From Ignavibacteriota bacterium (GTDB taxonomy: Bacteria; Bacteroidota; Ignavibacteria; UBA10030): DNA of 64,000 bases. A program made the translations under genes and the position numbers. A model generated the notes under the pieces. The model was not told the DNA's origin. It made no database searches and saw only the letters and a program-made list of their open reading frames with translations. Below, piece by piece: positions 10,175 through 20,710 of this stretch (the stretch's first letter is position 1; each line of letters starts with the position of its first letter). The stretch covers positions 128,082-192,081 of the forward strand of contig CAVZWL010000019.1 of the NCBI GenBank assembly GCA_963778945.1, written 5' to 3'.

Positions 10175-10927
10175 ATGAGAACAGTTCTCAATCAGGTTTT
10201 TCAACGTACAGAGGCAGTCAGAAACTTACCGGCAGTTAATAGACGCCGTTACAGGAGTCGCTTACTCTTTGTCATTGTCCTGTTGGCCGGATGCGCAGTG
10301 AACCCGCATTTTCTACATTCAGGTGAAAGAATAGTTTTCTTCGGAGATTCTATCACGCTGCTTGGCGTGAAGCCGAATGGCTATATCACGCTGGTTCAGG
10401 ATAGTCTCCATAAAAGCCATGAAAGCATGCGCATTGAAGTTATGGGCGCTGGTATTAGCGGCAACAAAGTTCCCGACCTGCAAAGAAGGCTTCAGAGGGA
10501 TGTGCTGGATAAACACCCTACCATTGTGGTCATATATATAGGCATCAATGATGTATGGCATTGGGTGACGCCTAATCTCAGGGGAACCACAAAGGATACG
10601 TTTGAAATCGGGTTGAAAAGCATGATCGCCTCTCTTCAAAATGCAGGTGCGCGAGTCATTCTCTGCACACCGAGCGTTATCGGGGAAAAGAATGACGGAA
10701 CAAATCCTCAGGATGCAATGCTCGATGAGTATTCCGATATCAGCCGGGGTGTTGCTCAAGAAACCGGCAGCGTTCTCTGCGACCTTCATAAGGCATTCAA
10801 TCAATACTTGAAATCCAATAATCCGAACAATGAAGAAAAAGGAATTCTGACATTCGACAGAGTTCATTTAAACGATAATGGCAATCGTTTTGTAGCGGAG
10901 CAGATGCTGAAAATTCTTGACAGGTAG
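10175..10927 (+). CDS. GDSL/SGNH-family lipase/acylhydrolase lipoprotein
   Basis: Lipobox VLLAGC. Block I FFGDSIT, block III GINDV, block V FDRVHLN (DxxH). Confidence 0.85.
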   Translation: MRTVLNQVFQRTEAVRNLPAVNRRRYRSRLLFVIVLLAGCAVNPHFLHSGERIVFFGDSITLLGVKPNGYITLVQDSLHKSHESMRIEVMGAGISGNKVPDLQRRLQRDVLDKHPTIVVIYIGINDVWHWVTPNLRGTTKDTFEIGLKSMIASLQNAGARVILCTPSVIGEKNDGTNPQDAMLDEYSDISRGVAQETGSVLCDLHKAFNQYLKSNNPNNEEKGILTFDRVHLNDNGNRFVAEQMLKILDR

Positions 10928-11059
10928 CCCGGGCTTGAGAGAGACCTACGCATGACAAGTTGTTTGAGCAATTGATTCGGGTCGCATCGCTCGCGTGAGG
11001 AACTTGATTTGTTATTTGAAGCCGGATTTACGATATTTTAAAAGAAAATCAAGGATCGT

Positions 11060-11618
11060 ATGAAACATATAGCTGTGGAATTTTTTGCAGCTCTTTTTAT
11101 CGGCTGCTCCGTTCAAGCTCAGACCGCCGACAGTATTCGCATCGATCAAATCAACAATACCATAGGCGCTGGCAGAGGCGTCACTGTAATTCATCATCAG
11201 GAAGAGTTCGACCCGAAGCGCGACGCCGCGCAAGATATCCGATCTGCCATGGTCCAAGCTCAAAAAGAACATAAACATATCCTGCTCGATGTCGGCGGGC
11301 AGTGGTGCATCTGGTGCTGTATGCTTGATACGCTGTATATGAAAAATCCGGATCTTTCCGATTATCTCTACCGCCATTATATAGTTGTCAAAGTGAATGT
11401 TAGTAAAGAAAATAAAAACACTGAAGTGCTTTCTCGACTATCCCGAAGTGGCCGGTTATCCTCATCTCTTCGTTCTGGACAAGAACGGGAAACTTTTGCA
11501 TTCGCAGGATACATCGGAGCTGGAACTTCCGGGAGGATCGGCTGTGAGAGGACATGATAAAGCAAAGGTCTTTGCCTTTCTTCAGAAAATGGGCGAGGAA
11601 ATGACGGCTGCCGCATGA
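11060..11618 (+). CDS. thioredoxin-fold protein (WCxWC), interrupted by one frameshift
   Basis: ORF 11060..11557 carries a signal peptide plus HILLDVGGQWCIWC. The C-terminal half YPEVAGYPHLFVLDKNGKLLH continues in ORF 11397..11618. The frames join near 11435-11441. Confidence 0.75.
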
Positions 11619-11848
11619 CGCATGAAGAACAAAAACGAAAAGTCGAGGAACTGAAACGGTTTCTGATGAAGATGACCGCGTCAGAGAGGAAAGAGTTTGA
11701 GATGATGGTAAAAAGAAAAAAGGATGATGAGGATCTCGATGCATTGACATCGAATAAACTCCAGTCTTTGCATGAAAAATATCTGCCGAAGAAATCGAAA
11801 GAAGAGCTTGCATTAATATGGAAAATAATGGGGGGCGATCATTCGTAG
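11615..11848 (+). CDS. hypothetical charged 77-aa protein
   Basis: ATGA start/stop overlap with the thioredoxin-fold gene. K/E-rich helical composition; no family recognised. Confidence 0.4.
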   Translation: MTHEEQKRKVEELKRFLMKMTASERKEFEMMVKRKKDDEDLDALTSNKLQSLHEKYLPKKSKEELALIWKIMGGDHS

Positions 11849-12202
11849 TCAAAACCAAAGCCCCCTGCCGCTTGCCGCTGCTTTTCTCGTCCTCAGTCTC
11901 TCTTGCTGCCGTCAGCCATCGCAGGATATTCAAAAACCGGAACGGAACCTTACGCAGCCGGATGCCGTTCGGGGAACTATTACGTCTGCCGGACACGAGA
12001 CCGTTTTCAAGACTGATTCTTACCGCTTCCTCCGGATTGAGTGTGGAGATATCTGCCGATTCATTGCTGTCTCGTTCATTATGGGAACTGCAAAATACAA
12101 ATGTCATTCTCATCGGTGTTTTGCGAAAACGCATGGATCGGAATCATTCTCGAAGTTCGGGGATTTGAATCACCGATCCATAAAAAAAGGAAACGAAGAT
12201 TG

Positions 12203-13938
12203 ATGAAAACTGCTGCCGTTTTATTTCTCATTCTTAGCTCGTGCTGTTATGCTTTTGCGCAAGCGGGGAACGGGCGATTCGGGTTCTTATCCGATTCCCG
12301 GTTCGCAAATCCTGGCAGCCGAGATTGAAGTCCTTCAGAGCGCGGCTGGGTATCAGCGCTGCTGTTCAATCGTTCGAACGTACCGCTCGATCGGCGGCAT
12401 GGAATTTTTCCGTTGGCTATCAGCGTGACTTTTTGGGCAACCGATATAACGCTCAATACGGAATATTCTGTACCGGCGACGTGCAGTGCGGTCGGAACGA
12501 ATTGTTATATTTTCGTTGAAGATTCTAATTGGAACACGCGCGTAACGCAGGCTGCGGTTAATTCTGTCAGAGCGACCTTTGATTCCGCAACTCCCGGCAA
12601 TGCTTCGAAGGGTATTTTTGAGATTGATACTTCCAGCTTCGGGCCCCCGCCGGATGTCGACAACGACCCGAGAATCATTATTTTGATCCTCAATATTCGC
12701 GACGGCTATTCCGGCAGCGGCGGCTATGTTGCCGGTTATTTTTATCGATATCAACGAGTATCCGGATGCGCTTATTCAGCAGGAGTTTGGTTCCAGCAGG
12801 CACTCCAATGATATGGAGATCTATTACGTCGACTGTAACCCGCTTAATCTGAACGTTTCGAGCGGGATTGCAACCGCTTCTTCCGTAACCGCACATGAAT
12901 TCCAGCATATGATTCACTGGAACTATGATCAAAACGATATAACTGCGACTTTCATCAATGAGGGTCTCTCGGAATGTGCAAGCGCTCTCTGCGGATACAG
13001 TTTGCCCAGCCCTTCGCTCTATGTCGATCAAACGAATGTAAGTTTTTTTACATGGCACGAGTTCTCCGGCGATCCGCTGCCCGACTATTCCCGCGCTGCG
13101 CTTTTTAACTGGTATTTAATAGAGCAGTTCGGCCGGTCGGTCGCAAAGTTCATCGAACCTCCGGATGCGGACCCTGTAAAGAACTATAATCAGGCGTTTC
13201 AATCGACCGGGTTGAATGTGACTTTTCTCGATGTTTTGAAAAATTTTGCTGCTGCCGTCGAATTGAACAGCACTTCCTATGATTCGAGATACGGATTTTC
13301 GCTTCCTCTTTCGACTCGTCCCGTATCGTCACAAACCTACACAGGAGATACAGTGAACGCCACACTCGACACGGTTCAGGCCTATGCCACGCGATATATC
13401 GGTTTTTCATCGGTGCAAGTCGCTTTCCTCTTTGTTTTCGTCCGCTGCACCGATTGCAGTAAAGGTCGTTGTAACCGATAAATCCGCCGGCGTGATGGTC
13501 GATTCGGCGGCGATTGGAAAAATATATGCTCTTCCATCGAAGTACACATCTGCGGTTTTTGCCGTGACGAATCTTTCTTCAGCGCCGAGCACATTCACAT
13601 TCCAAACGAGCAGTGCATCGCTGGATGTAAATGCCGCAAACGACGGCCAGAATCCGATTTCATTCGGGCTTGAGCAGAACTATCCGAATCCGTTCAATCC
13701 AACAACAACGATTTCTTTTGAGGTGACGGATCTCAGCATCGTGACGCTGAAGGTATTTGATATACTGGGGAGGGAGGTGGCCTCGCTTGCTGATGGTGTC
13801 AAATCATCCGGGAAATATACCGTCACATTCGATGGGAGCAGACTTTCGAGCGGTTTGTATTTCTACCGGCTTCAGGCCACGTCTGTGAAGGGACAAAAGC
13901 TCTTGAGCGCGTCGAAAAAACTCGTTCTCTTGAAATAA
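12203..13938 (+). CDS. secreted HExxH zinc metallopeptidase (M30/hyicolysin-like, tentative) with T9SS C-terminal sorting domain, at least 4 frameshifts
   Basis: Signal peptide MKTAAVLFLILSSCCYAFAQ at 12203. The fragments (ORFs 12241, 12413, 12726, 13384) read through consecutively. HEFQH lies at 12894-12908, followed by NEGLSE. The T9SS tail LEQNYPNPFNPTTTISF...GLYFYRL runs from 13669. Confidence 0.8.
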
Positions 13939-13942
13939 GAGT

Positions 13943-13984
13943 AAAAAAAAGCTCTTTCATCAGATGATGAAAGAGCTTTTCAAT
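13943..13984. terminator. bidirectional rho-independent terminator
   Basis: GCTCTTTCATC / GATGAAAGAGC 11-bp stem (13951-13976) flanked by an A8 run upstream and a T run downstream. Sits between the convergent protease and rpsU genes. Confidence 0.85.
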
Positions 13985-14002
13985 TCATAACATACAGGAG
14001 GA

Positions 14003-14197
14003 TTACATTTCTTCCAATGCCGTTCGTTGACTGCGCCGTATAGCTTTTGAGAGCTTCATGCGTTTTTTAACGGACGGTTTTGTATAAAATGCACGTTTCT
14101 TGACTTCTTTCAAAATGCCAGAGCGTTCATATTTCTTTTTAAACCGTCGAATGGCTCGATCAATTGGCTCGTTGTCGCCAATTATGATGCCGACCAT
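14003..14197 (-). CDS. rpsU: 30S ribosomal protein S21
   Basis: MVGIIIGDNEPIDRAIRRFKKKYERSGILKEVKKRAFYTKPS matches the S21 pattern. GGAGG RBS 8 nt upstream of ATG 14197. Confidence 0.92.
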   Translation of the reverse strand: MVGIIIGDNEPIDRAIRRFKKKYERSGILKEVKKRAFYTKPSVKKRMKLSKAIRRSQRTALEEM

Positions 14198-14220
14198 GAA
14201 CTTCACCTCCTTCGTTTGTT

Positions 14221-14643
14221 TTAAACTTGCTCAACGGAACTTTCTTCCGCCTCTTCAAGAGCAAGATTTTCTATCAATTTTTTCTCGCCTGATTTTTCGA
14301 ACGCGACAACGATGGTATGGACGCCGTTGGTCGTTTTGTCCTTGCGTACAATTCTGCCGACATCGTCCCATTCTTCGTGATAAATTTCCTGGCCTATTGC
14401 AAAGATTTTTTCTTTGCTGTAAGGCGTGCAATTTTCGCGTATAATAGCCGTCATTGCGGATTTTTTCCGCGATTCGATTTCTGCAACTGCAATGAGAACG
14501 CTGTGTTTGCAGCGTGCACATCGATACCAAGCCTTTTGCGCGTTGGCCTCATTCGCTTTTTCAGCTGCCAGACCGACATACTCCAGCTTTGCCAGACGAT
14601 GACAGTAAGGGCATTCAAATGAAATGTATTTGGTTTTCGCCAT
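14221..14643 (-). CDS. zinc-ribbon hypothetical protein
   Basis: 140-aa ORF with CPYC...CARC cysteine pairs, immediately upstream of rpsU on the same strand. Confidence 0.55.
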   Translation of the reverse strand: MAKTKYISFECPYCHRLAKLEYVGLAAEKANEANAQKAWYRCARCKHSVLIAVAEIESRKKSAMTAIIRENCTPYSKEKIFAIGQEIYHEEWDDVGRIVRKDKTTNGVHTIVVAFEKSGEKKLIENLALEEAEESSVEQV

Positions 14644-14757
14644 ATGCTAACCGCTTCTGCACGATTAAAGAAAATATTCCCTCTTTGGAATGCACGCGCT
14701 TGCTGATTCCTAAGTATAAAAAAGTACGAAAAATATAGCCGTAAGTCAAGGAAGATA

Positions 14758-15720
14758 ATGCCTTTGACTTTGCAGCGTTTTTTAGGTATAATCACTCGGT
14801 GTATTTTTTTAAAAAACATTGGGATTAAGCGATTGTCAACTGAGCGATTACATCATGCTTCAAAAAGACGCCGATATACGCTGGTTCTGGTGCCTGATGA
14901 AGACGCCTCAAGGGCGAAAAGTACGAGCTTTGCTGTGTGGCATTTTATTGTCCTCGCCTCTGCTTCTCTTCTTTGCATTGCCGCCTTCTTGGGCGTGTTG
15001 TTTGCCTACACTCCTCTGGGACAATTGATTCCAATGACAAGTTCCGTGTGGCGTAATCAATATTCCCGCGAATTAGTTGATATGAACAAGCGCATGACTT
15101 CCATGATGGAAGAATTGGTGGAATTGCGAGTATACAATATTAAGCTGCGCAAAGTGCTGGGGGAAAAGGTGATGTCTGTAGATTCGCAGGCCGCTGTTTC
15201 TTCGGAGAACGCGGGAGAGCATCTTTCAGCCGCCGGCAGCAGTGATCAAAAAAACGCAGTCTTATCAATGGAAAATCAATTCGAGGAAGACATGCCGGCA
15301 GCACCGGTTCGGACGGATTTAAAGCTGACTGAGATTCCTCTCCAATTCCCGGCAATTTTTCCGACACAGGGATATATTACGCGCGGTTACGATCCGCGCA
15401 TCAGTCATTACGGACTTGATATTGCGGGGAAAACGGGTTCGTTGGTTTTTGCGGCAGCAGAAGGAGTAGTTCTTTTTGCCGGCTGGACTTCTGAAGACGG
15501 CAATTCGATTATCATTGCCCACAGCGGCGGATTTATAACGTGTTACAAACACAACAAGGCGATTCTTAAAGCTGCGGGAACGAGAGTGAAACGGGGGGAA
15601 GTTATTGCAACACTGGGAGATTCCGGTGAAACAAGCAGGGGGCCGCATTTGCATTTTGAAATATGGAAGGATGGAAGGTCTATCGATCCGTCAATGTTTC
15701 TTGTCCATTACAATATCTGA
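14758..15720 (+). CDS. M23/LytM-family metallopeptidase, membrane anchored
   Basis: TM helix WHFIVLASASLLCIAAFLGVLFAY, a coiled-coil segment, and the LytM motifs SHYGLD (HxxxD) and GPHLHFEIW (HxH). Confidence 0.88.
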   Translation: MPLTLQRFLGIITRCIFLKNIGIKRLSTERLHHASKRRRYTLVLVPDEDASRAKSTSFAVWHFIVLASASLLCIAAFLGVLFAYTPLGQLIPMTSSVWRNQYSRELVDMNKRMTSMMEELVELRVYNIKLRKVLGEKVMSVDSQAAVSSENAGEHLSAAGSSDQKNAVLSMENQFEEDMPAAPVRTDLKLTEIPLQFPAIFPTQGYITRGYDPRISHYGLDIAGKTGSLVFAAAEGVVLFAGWTSEDGNSIIIAHSGGFITCYKHNKAILKAAGTRVKRGEVIATLGDSGETSRGPHLHFEIWKDGRSIDPSMFLVHYNI

Positions 15721-15728
15721 GGTATATC

Positions 15729-16094
15729 GTGACATCAAAACCTGATCCAATTAAAGAGATGAATATTGTCGGTGTCGGCACCGTGGTCGAGGGAAAAATT
15801 CGCAGCCAGGGAAATGTCCGGATCGATGGAAAAATGATCGGAGATATTTCCGCAAGCGAATCGCTGGCCGTCGGCGTCAACGGTGAAGTGGAAGGAAATA
15901 TAACGGCAAAAAACGTGATGGTCGGAGGAAAAGTCCGCGGGACTATCAATGCTTCTGAAAAAATCGTCCTCGAGGGAAAATCGGTTGTCCGCGGAGATAT
16001 TCGCGCGACCCGGCTGGTTATCGATGAGGGCTCGGTTTTTGACGGCCGGGTTTCAATGACTGAAAAAGCGCCGGCGTTCGAAGTCAAACATTAA
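15729..16094 (+). CDS. bactofilin (polymer-forming cytoskeletal protein)
   Basis: Beta-helical repeats VEGKIRSQGNVRIDGKMIGDI...VEGNITAKNVMVGGKVRGTINA...VRGDIRATRLVIDEGSVFDG. GTG 15729 has a GAGG RBS 7 nt upstream; ATG 15759 is an alternative start. Confidence 0.85.
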   Translation: MTSKPDPIKEMNIVGVGTVVEGKIRSQGNVRIDGKMIGDISASESLAVGVNGEVEGNITAKNVMVGGKVRGTINASEKIVLEGKSVVRGDIRATRLVIDEGSVFDGRVSMTEKAPAFEVKH

Positions 16095-16118
16095 TCCCAT
16101 GGAAAACGAGGGCGGCAG

Positions 16119-16403
16119 ATGAGTTCCGACTCTCCTCGGGATAAGGGAAAAAAAGAGACAGCGGTGCAGATCTATCGCGACTTTGCTCCGTATCTCACGA
16201 TGGGATTCCAATTAGCGGCAGCTGTTCTTGCCTTTTTTTTTATCGGCATGTGGCTCGATGGAAAATGCGGAACAGATCCGTGGGGAAAGATAGCAGGGAT
16301 TATTTTGGGAACGAGCGGAGGATTCATAAAATTTTTTGCAACGGTAAACCAATTGTCGAAAAAGGAAGAACAACAGAAGCATGATCCGCACGATGCACAT
16401 TAA
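16119..16403 (+). CDS. AtpZ/AtpI-family small membrane protein (ATP synthase protein I-like)
   Basis: 94 aa with two TM helices (YLTMGFQLAAAVLAFFFIGMWLD; IAGIILGTSGGFIKFF), directly upstream of the atp genes. Confidence 0.7.
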   Translation: MSSDSPRDKGKKETAVQIYRDFAPYLTMGFQLAAAVLAFFFIGMWLDGKCGTDPWGKIAGIILGTSGGFIKFFATVNQLSKKEEQQKHDPHDAH

Positions 16404-16776
16404 TTGGCGTTTTATGAGATGGGTCGTTTTCAGCTATGCCGGATCTGCCGTACTGATCTATTATCCGATTTCCGAATTTGCAACTCCCGCAATTCTGCGC
16501 GGCATACTGGCCGGCGGCATTATGAGCCTGATTAACCTCTTGATAGGTTATACGATCATTGAGATGTCGTTTGACTCTTCGCATACAAAATTTTTAAAGT
16601 ATGTGCTCGGCGGAATGATGGGGCGCTTGTTTTTAATGTGGGGAGTGCTTGTGATCCTGCTGAAAAAATTTCAAATTCATTCCGCTTCTTTGATGCTATC
16701 CTTGTTATTTTTTTATATCTTAACATTGTCACTGGAAATATTTTATCTTCAAAAAAGGACTTCGACAAAGCAATAA
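16381..16776 (+). CDS. ATP synthase subunit I-like membrane protein
   Basis: 131 aa with 3-4 TM helices. Overlaps the previous ORF and precedes atpB. Confidence 0.6.
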   Translation: MIRTMHINWRFMRWVVFSYAGSAVLIYYPISEFATPAILRGILAGGIMSLINLLIGYTIIEMSFDSSHTKFLKYVLGGMMGRLFLMWGVLVILLKKFQIHSASLMLSLLFFYILTLSLEIFYLQKRTSTKQ

Positions 16777-16787
16777 GGTAGAAAAAC

Positions 16788-17711
16788 TTGATATTCGAAG
16801 AAACAACAGCATCCGATACTCTGCAGCATGCCGTTCAAGCCGTCCGGGCATTGAGCGATACGGCACAAGGCGCAGCCGGGAACGGCGAAGGTTTTAATTT
16901 TGCCCATCTGCTGGATCATATCAAAGACGGACGGGAAGTCGACTTTCCGGGCGGCCGCTTTGAACTGCCGCAGTTCGAGCCGGTTCGCATCGGCTCGATG
17001 GTCATCGATCTTTCACCGACAAAGCATGTCTTTTTTCTTCTGCTCGCAGCTGCGCTGCTTCTCTGGGCCGCCGTCTCTGCTGCGAGGAAATACAAGAAAA
17101 GCCTTGTACCGTCGGGTTTTACCAACCTTATGGAACTGATAGTCGTATTTATACGCGATGAAATTGCAATTTCCAACATGGGTCCGGCAGGCATCAAGTA
17201 CGTTCCGTACCTTTTAACGACGTTTTTTTTCATTCTTCTCATGAATCTGGCAGGACTCGTTCCATTCGGAGCAACACCCACCGGCAATATTGCGGTGACA
17301 GGCGGACTTGCCATGATTGCGTTTATTATGATTCAATTTTCTGCAATTCGCGCGCATGGGTTCGGTCAATATTTGAAACATCTCACCGGGGGCGTTCACT
17401 GGGCGCTCTGGCCTATCATGATTCCAATAGAAATTCTCGGGCTCTTTACAAAACCGTTCGCACTCTGTATCCGTTTATTTGCAAATATGACCGGAGGCCA
17501 TATCGTTATTCTTTCCCTTATTGGATTGATTTTCCTTTTTAAATCGATCTTCGTCGCCCCGGTATCGGTTGTCTTTGTCCTTGGTATCGATATGCTCGAG
17601 CTTTTCGTCGCATTTTTGCAGGCGTATGTCTTTACAATGTTGACTTCGCTCTTTATGGGTTTTGGCATGCAATCGGAAGAACATAAAGAAGCGCATGCGG
17701 AACATCAATGA
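16788..17711 (+). CDS. atpB: F0F1 ATP synthase subunit a
   Basis: Polytopic membrane protein with the signature LCIRLFANMTGGHIV (conserved Arg). Confidence 0.92.
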   Translation: MIFEETTASDTLQHAVQAVRALSDTAQGAAGNGEGFNFAHLLDHIKDGREVDFPGGRFELPQFEPVRIGSMVIDLSPTKHVFFLLLAAALLLWAAVSAARKYKKSLVPSGFTNLMELIVVFIRDEIAISNMGPAGIKYVPYLLTTFFFILLMNLAGLVPFGATPTGNIAVTGGLAMIAFIMIQFSAIRAHGFGQYLKHLTGGVHWALWPIMIPIEILGLFTKPFALCIRLFANMTGGHIVILSLIGLIFLFKSIFVAPVSVVFVLGIDMLELFVAFLQAYVFTMLTSLFMGFGMQSEEHKEAHAEHQ

Positions 17712-17771
17712 TTTTTTTAAACAGGTAAAATTCAAACGACAACAATATCTTAAATTCTGGAGGAAGAGAAC

Positions 17772-18008
17772 ATGGAACAAGCAATGGTACATGCATGGAG
17801 TTATGTAGCGGCAGGATTCGGCGCAGGCATCGTTATTCTCGGTGCGGCATTCGGTATCGGCAAGCTCGCAGCGGCAGCAATGGAAGCAAGCGGACGTCAG
17901 CCGGAAGTCGCAGCTGAAGTGCGTACGTCTATGATTATCGCAGCAGCTCTTATCGAAGGCGCTACATTCTTCGCGCTTGCAATTTGCATTATTCTTGCAA
18001 CCAAGTAA
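17772..18008 (+). CDS. atpE: F0F1 ATP synthase subunit c
   Basis: 78-aa hairpin proteolipid with GRQPE loop and AALIEGATFFAL ion-binding Glu. GGAGG RBS. Confidence 0.95.
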   Translation: MEQAMVHAWSYVAAGFGAGIVILGAAFGIGKLAAAAMEASGRQPEVAAEVRTSMIIAAALIEGATFFALAICIILATK

Positions 18009-18023
18009 AAAGGCGGCAAAGCT

Positions 18024-18509
18024 ATGTTTGAAATAAATCCGGGTCTCATCGTCTGGACAACCATTACGTTTATCCTTCTGGCATCAGTCCTTGGGAAGTT
18101 CGCATGGAAACCGATGCTCAAAATGCTTGGCGAACGGGAAGACCAGATACGCAATGCACTGGCGCAGGCAGAAAAAGCGCGCACGGAGGCAGCGGAGATG
18201 ATGAAGCAAAACGAAAAGAATCTTTCCCGTGCGGAAGCGGAATATCAAAAGATGATTCGCGAAGGAAAAGCGCTTGCGGAAAAATTAAAAGAGGATATCG
18301 TTGCGAAGGCGCGGCAGCAGGCCGAGATGGAACTGACGCGCGCCGCTGAAGAAATACAGCGCAACCTGGAATCCGCAAAGCTGCAGCTCCGGAGCGAGGT
18401 GGCGGATCTTGCTATTCAGGCGGCAGAAAAAATTCTGGACGAAACGCTGGACGAACAGAAACAAAAAATCCTCGTCGATAAGTTCATCAATCAACTTCCG
18501 AAGAATTGA
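18024..18509 (+). CDS. atpF: F0F1 ATP synthase subunit b
   Basis: N-terminal TM helix followed by a long charged helix (REDQIRNALAQAEKARTEA...), in operon position. Confidence 0.9.
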   Translation: MFEINPGLIVWTTITFILLASVLGKFAWKPMLKMLGEREDQIRNALAQAEKARTEAAEMMKQNEKNLSRAEAEYQKMIREGKALAEKLKEDIVAKARQQAEMELTRAAEEIQRNLESAKLQLRSEVADLAIQAAEKILDETLDEQKQKILVDKFINQLPKN

Positions 18510-19063
18510 ATATGAGCCAGTCCCGTATTGCATGCCGTTATGCAGAAGCCCTCATTACCGCGGCCGATGAGGAGAAGATTCTCGATATGGTCATGAAGGA
18601 CGTTTTGGCTGTACAATCCTTGATTGCCGCATCGCAGGAATTCCGCCTTTTACTGCACAGCCCCGTGATTAAGCGGGAAAAAAAGGCGGTCATTTTTAAA
18701 GAACTCTTTTCAGAAAAAGTCACTCCTCTTATGCTGAGCTTTCTTCTTTTGCTTGCAGAGAAGGGAAGGGAAAATACCCTTTCAGAGATTGTTGAGGAAT
18801 ACTTTAAATTGAGCGATGAGAGATTAGGAGTGGTGAAAGTACATCTCGCCTCTGCCGTCGAATTTGCAAAAAATCAGAACGATGTTCTTATTGAATATTT
18901 TGAAAACTCCACGAAAAAGAAAATCCGAATTTATGCCGAGATCGATAAAAATCTCATCGGGGGATTCATAGCGCGCATTGGAGATACGGTGTTCGACGGC
19001 AGTGTCCGCCGGCAGCTGGAAGTCCTCCGGCAGCGCTTGGTGGAACAGGGTGCGGTTGTGTGA
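18506..19063 (+). CDS. atpH: F0F1 ATP synthase subunit delta (OSCP)
   Basis: 185 aa; RYAEALI start and C-terminal IGGFIARIGDTVFDGSVRRQL motif. ATGA overlap with atpF. Confidence 0.9.
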   Translation: MNMSQSRIACRYAEALITAADEEKILDMVMKDVLAVQSLIAASQEFRLLLHSPVIKREKKAVIFKELFSEKVTPLMLSFLLLLAEKGRENTLSEIVEEYFKLSDERLGVVKVHLASAVEFAKNQNDVLIEYFENSTKKKIRIYAEIDKNLIGGFIARIGDTVFDGSVRRQLEVLRQRLVEQGAVV

Positions 19064-19152
19064 ATGATTTCTTGAAATGAATGATGATCAATGAATATAA
19101 ACTGTCTCTTCATAGTCAGCCGGAAGAGTACAAGGAATAGTTGAGGATAACA

Positions 19153-20707
19153 ATGGCAGAAGTAAGACCCGATGAAGTATCGGCAATATTAAGAAAACAA
19201 CTTTCAGGTTTTGAAAAAGAAGTCGATGTGTACGATGTCGGCACCGTGCTCCAAATCGGAGACGGTATCGCCCGCATTTACGGTTTGTCGAAAGTCATGG
19301 CAAGCGAGATCATCGAATTTCCGGGCAATGTTTACGGAATGGTGATGAACCTTGAAGAGGATAATATCGGCGCCGTTATTTTCGGCGAAAGCATGCATAT
19401 CAAAGAAGGCGATACCGTAAAACGGACAGGGCGAGTTGCGTCTATGCCGGTGGGCGAACAGATGCTCGGCCGGGTCATAACCCCGCTCGGTGAACCGTTG
19501 GACGGCAAAGGTCATATTAAAACGGAAAAATATTCTCCCCTTGAACGCAAAGCTCTCGGTGTTATGGCGCGACAACCGGTCAAGGAGCCTCTGCAAACAG
19601 GTCTCAAATCCGTCGATGGTATGATTCCAATCGGCCGCGGTCAGCGTGAATTGATAATAGGCGACCGCCAAACCGGGAAAACGGCTATTGCTCTTGATAC
19701 CATCATCAATCAAAAATATACACATACGGAAAAAGCGAAAAAAGATGGCGTCAAACCCGTTTATTGCATTTATGTTGCCATCGGCCAAAAAGGTTCGACG
19801 GTAGCGCAGGTTGTTGCGAACCTCGAAGAGGCAGGGGCTATGGATTATACCGTTGTGATCCATGCGGCTGCGAACGATTCAGCACCGATGCAGTTTATTG
19901 CTCCATATGCCGGTGCAACTATGGGCGAATTTTTCCGGGATTCCGGGCGGCATGCGCTGGTCATCTACGACGATCTCTCGAAACATGCGCAGGCATACCG
20001 TCAGATGTCGCTTCTTCTCAGACGTCCGCCGGGACGTGAAGCGTATCCGGGCGATGTGTTTTATCTGCATTCGAGACTTCTCGAACGCGCTTCGAAGTTA
20101 AACGATGAACTTGGCGGCGGAAGTCTCACCGCTCTCCCGATTATCGAAACTCAAGCCGGCGACGTTTCGGCATATATTCCTACGAATGTTATATCGATTA
20201 CAGATGGACAGATCTACCTCGAACCGAACCTTTTCAACGCAGGTATCCGTCCGGCCATCAACGTAGGTATATCGGTATCTCGTGTCGGAGGCAATGCGCA
20301 AATCAAAGCCATGAAGAAGGTTGCCGGCCGTTTGCGCATGGAGCTTGCCAATTATCGTGAACTCGAAGCATTTGCAAAATTCGGCTCCGATCTTGACAAA
20401 GCTACGCAGCAAGCGCTGCGGCGCGGTTCGCGGCTCGTCGAACTTCTCAAGCAGGGTCAATATGTTCCGATGCCGGTAGAGAAGCAGGTGATAAGCCTGT
20501 TCCTTGGAACGAACGGTTATCTGGATGAAGTGGGCTTGGAAAAGATCCAGAAATTTGAGAGTGAATTTAGCGAATTGATGGATGCACGAGTACCCGGAAT
20601 TGCTTCAGGCGATAGCAGAAAGCAAAGATATTGCAAAGGATGTGGAAGAAAAACTTCACAATGTAGCAAAGGATTTTCTCCAAAAATTCAACTCGTCGAC
20701 GGATTAA
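19153..20707 (+). CDS. atpA: F0F1 ATP synthase subunit alpha, one frameshift near the 3' end
   Basis: Walker A GDRQTGKT and full alpha-subunit similarity. After ...SEFSELMDA (about 20586-20590) the authentic tail [38 protein letters not shown] continues in the +1 frame to TAA 20705-20707. Confidence 0.93.
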
Positions 20708-20710
20708 ACA

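Noticed and set aside
11400-12134. 244-aa minus-strand ORF overlapping the thioredoxin-like and 77-aa genes
   Set aside because: It is antisense to ORFs with clear motifs (WCxWC fold), has S/R-rich low-information composition, and has no RBS. Treated as a shadow ORF, except for the unresolved 11849-12134 part noted as a low-interest finding.
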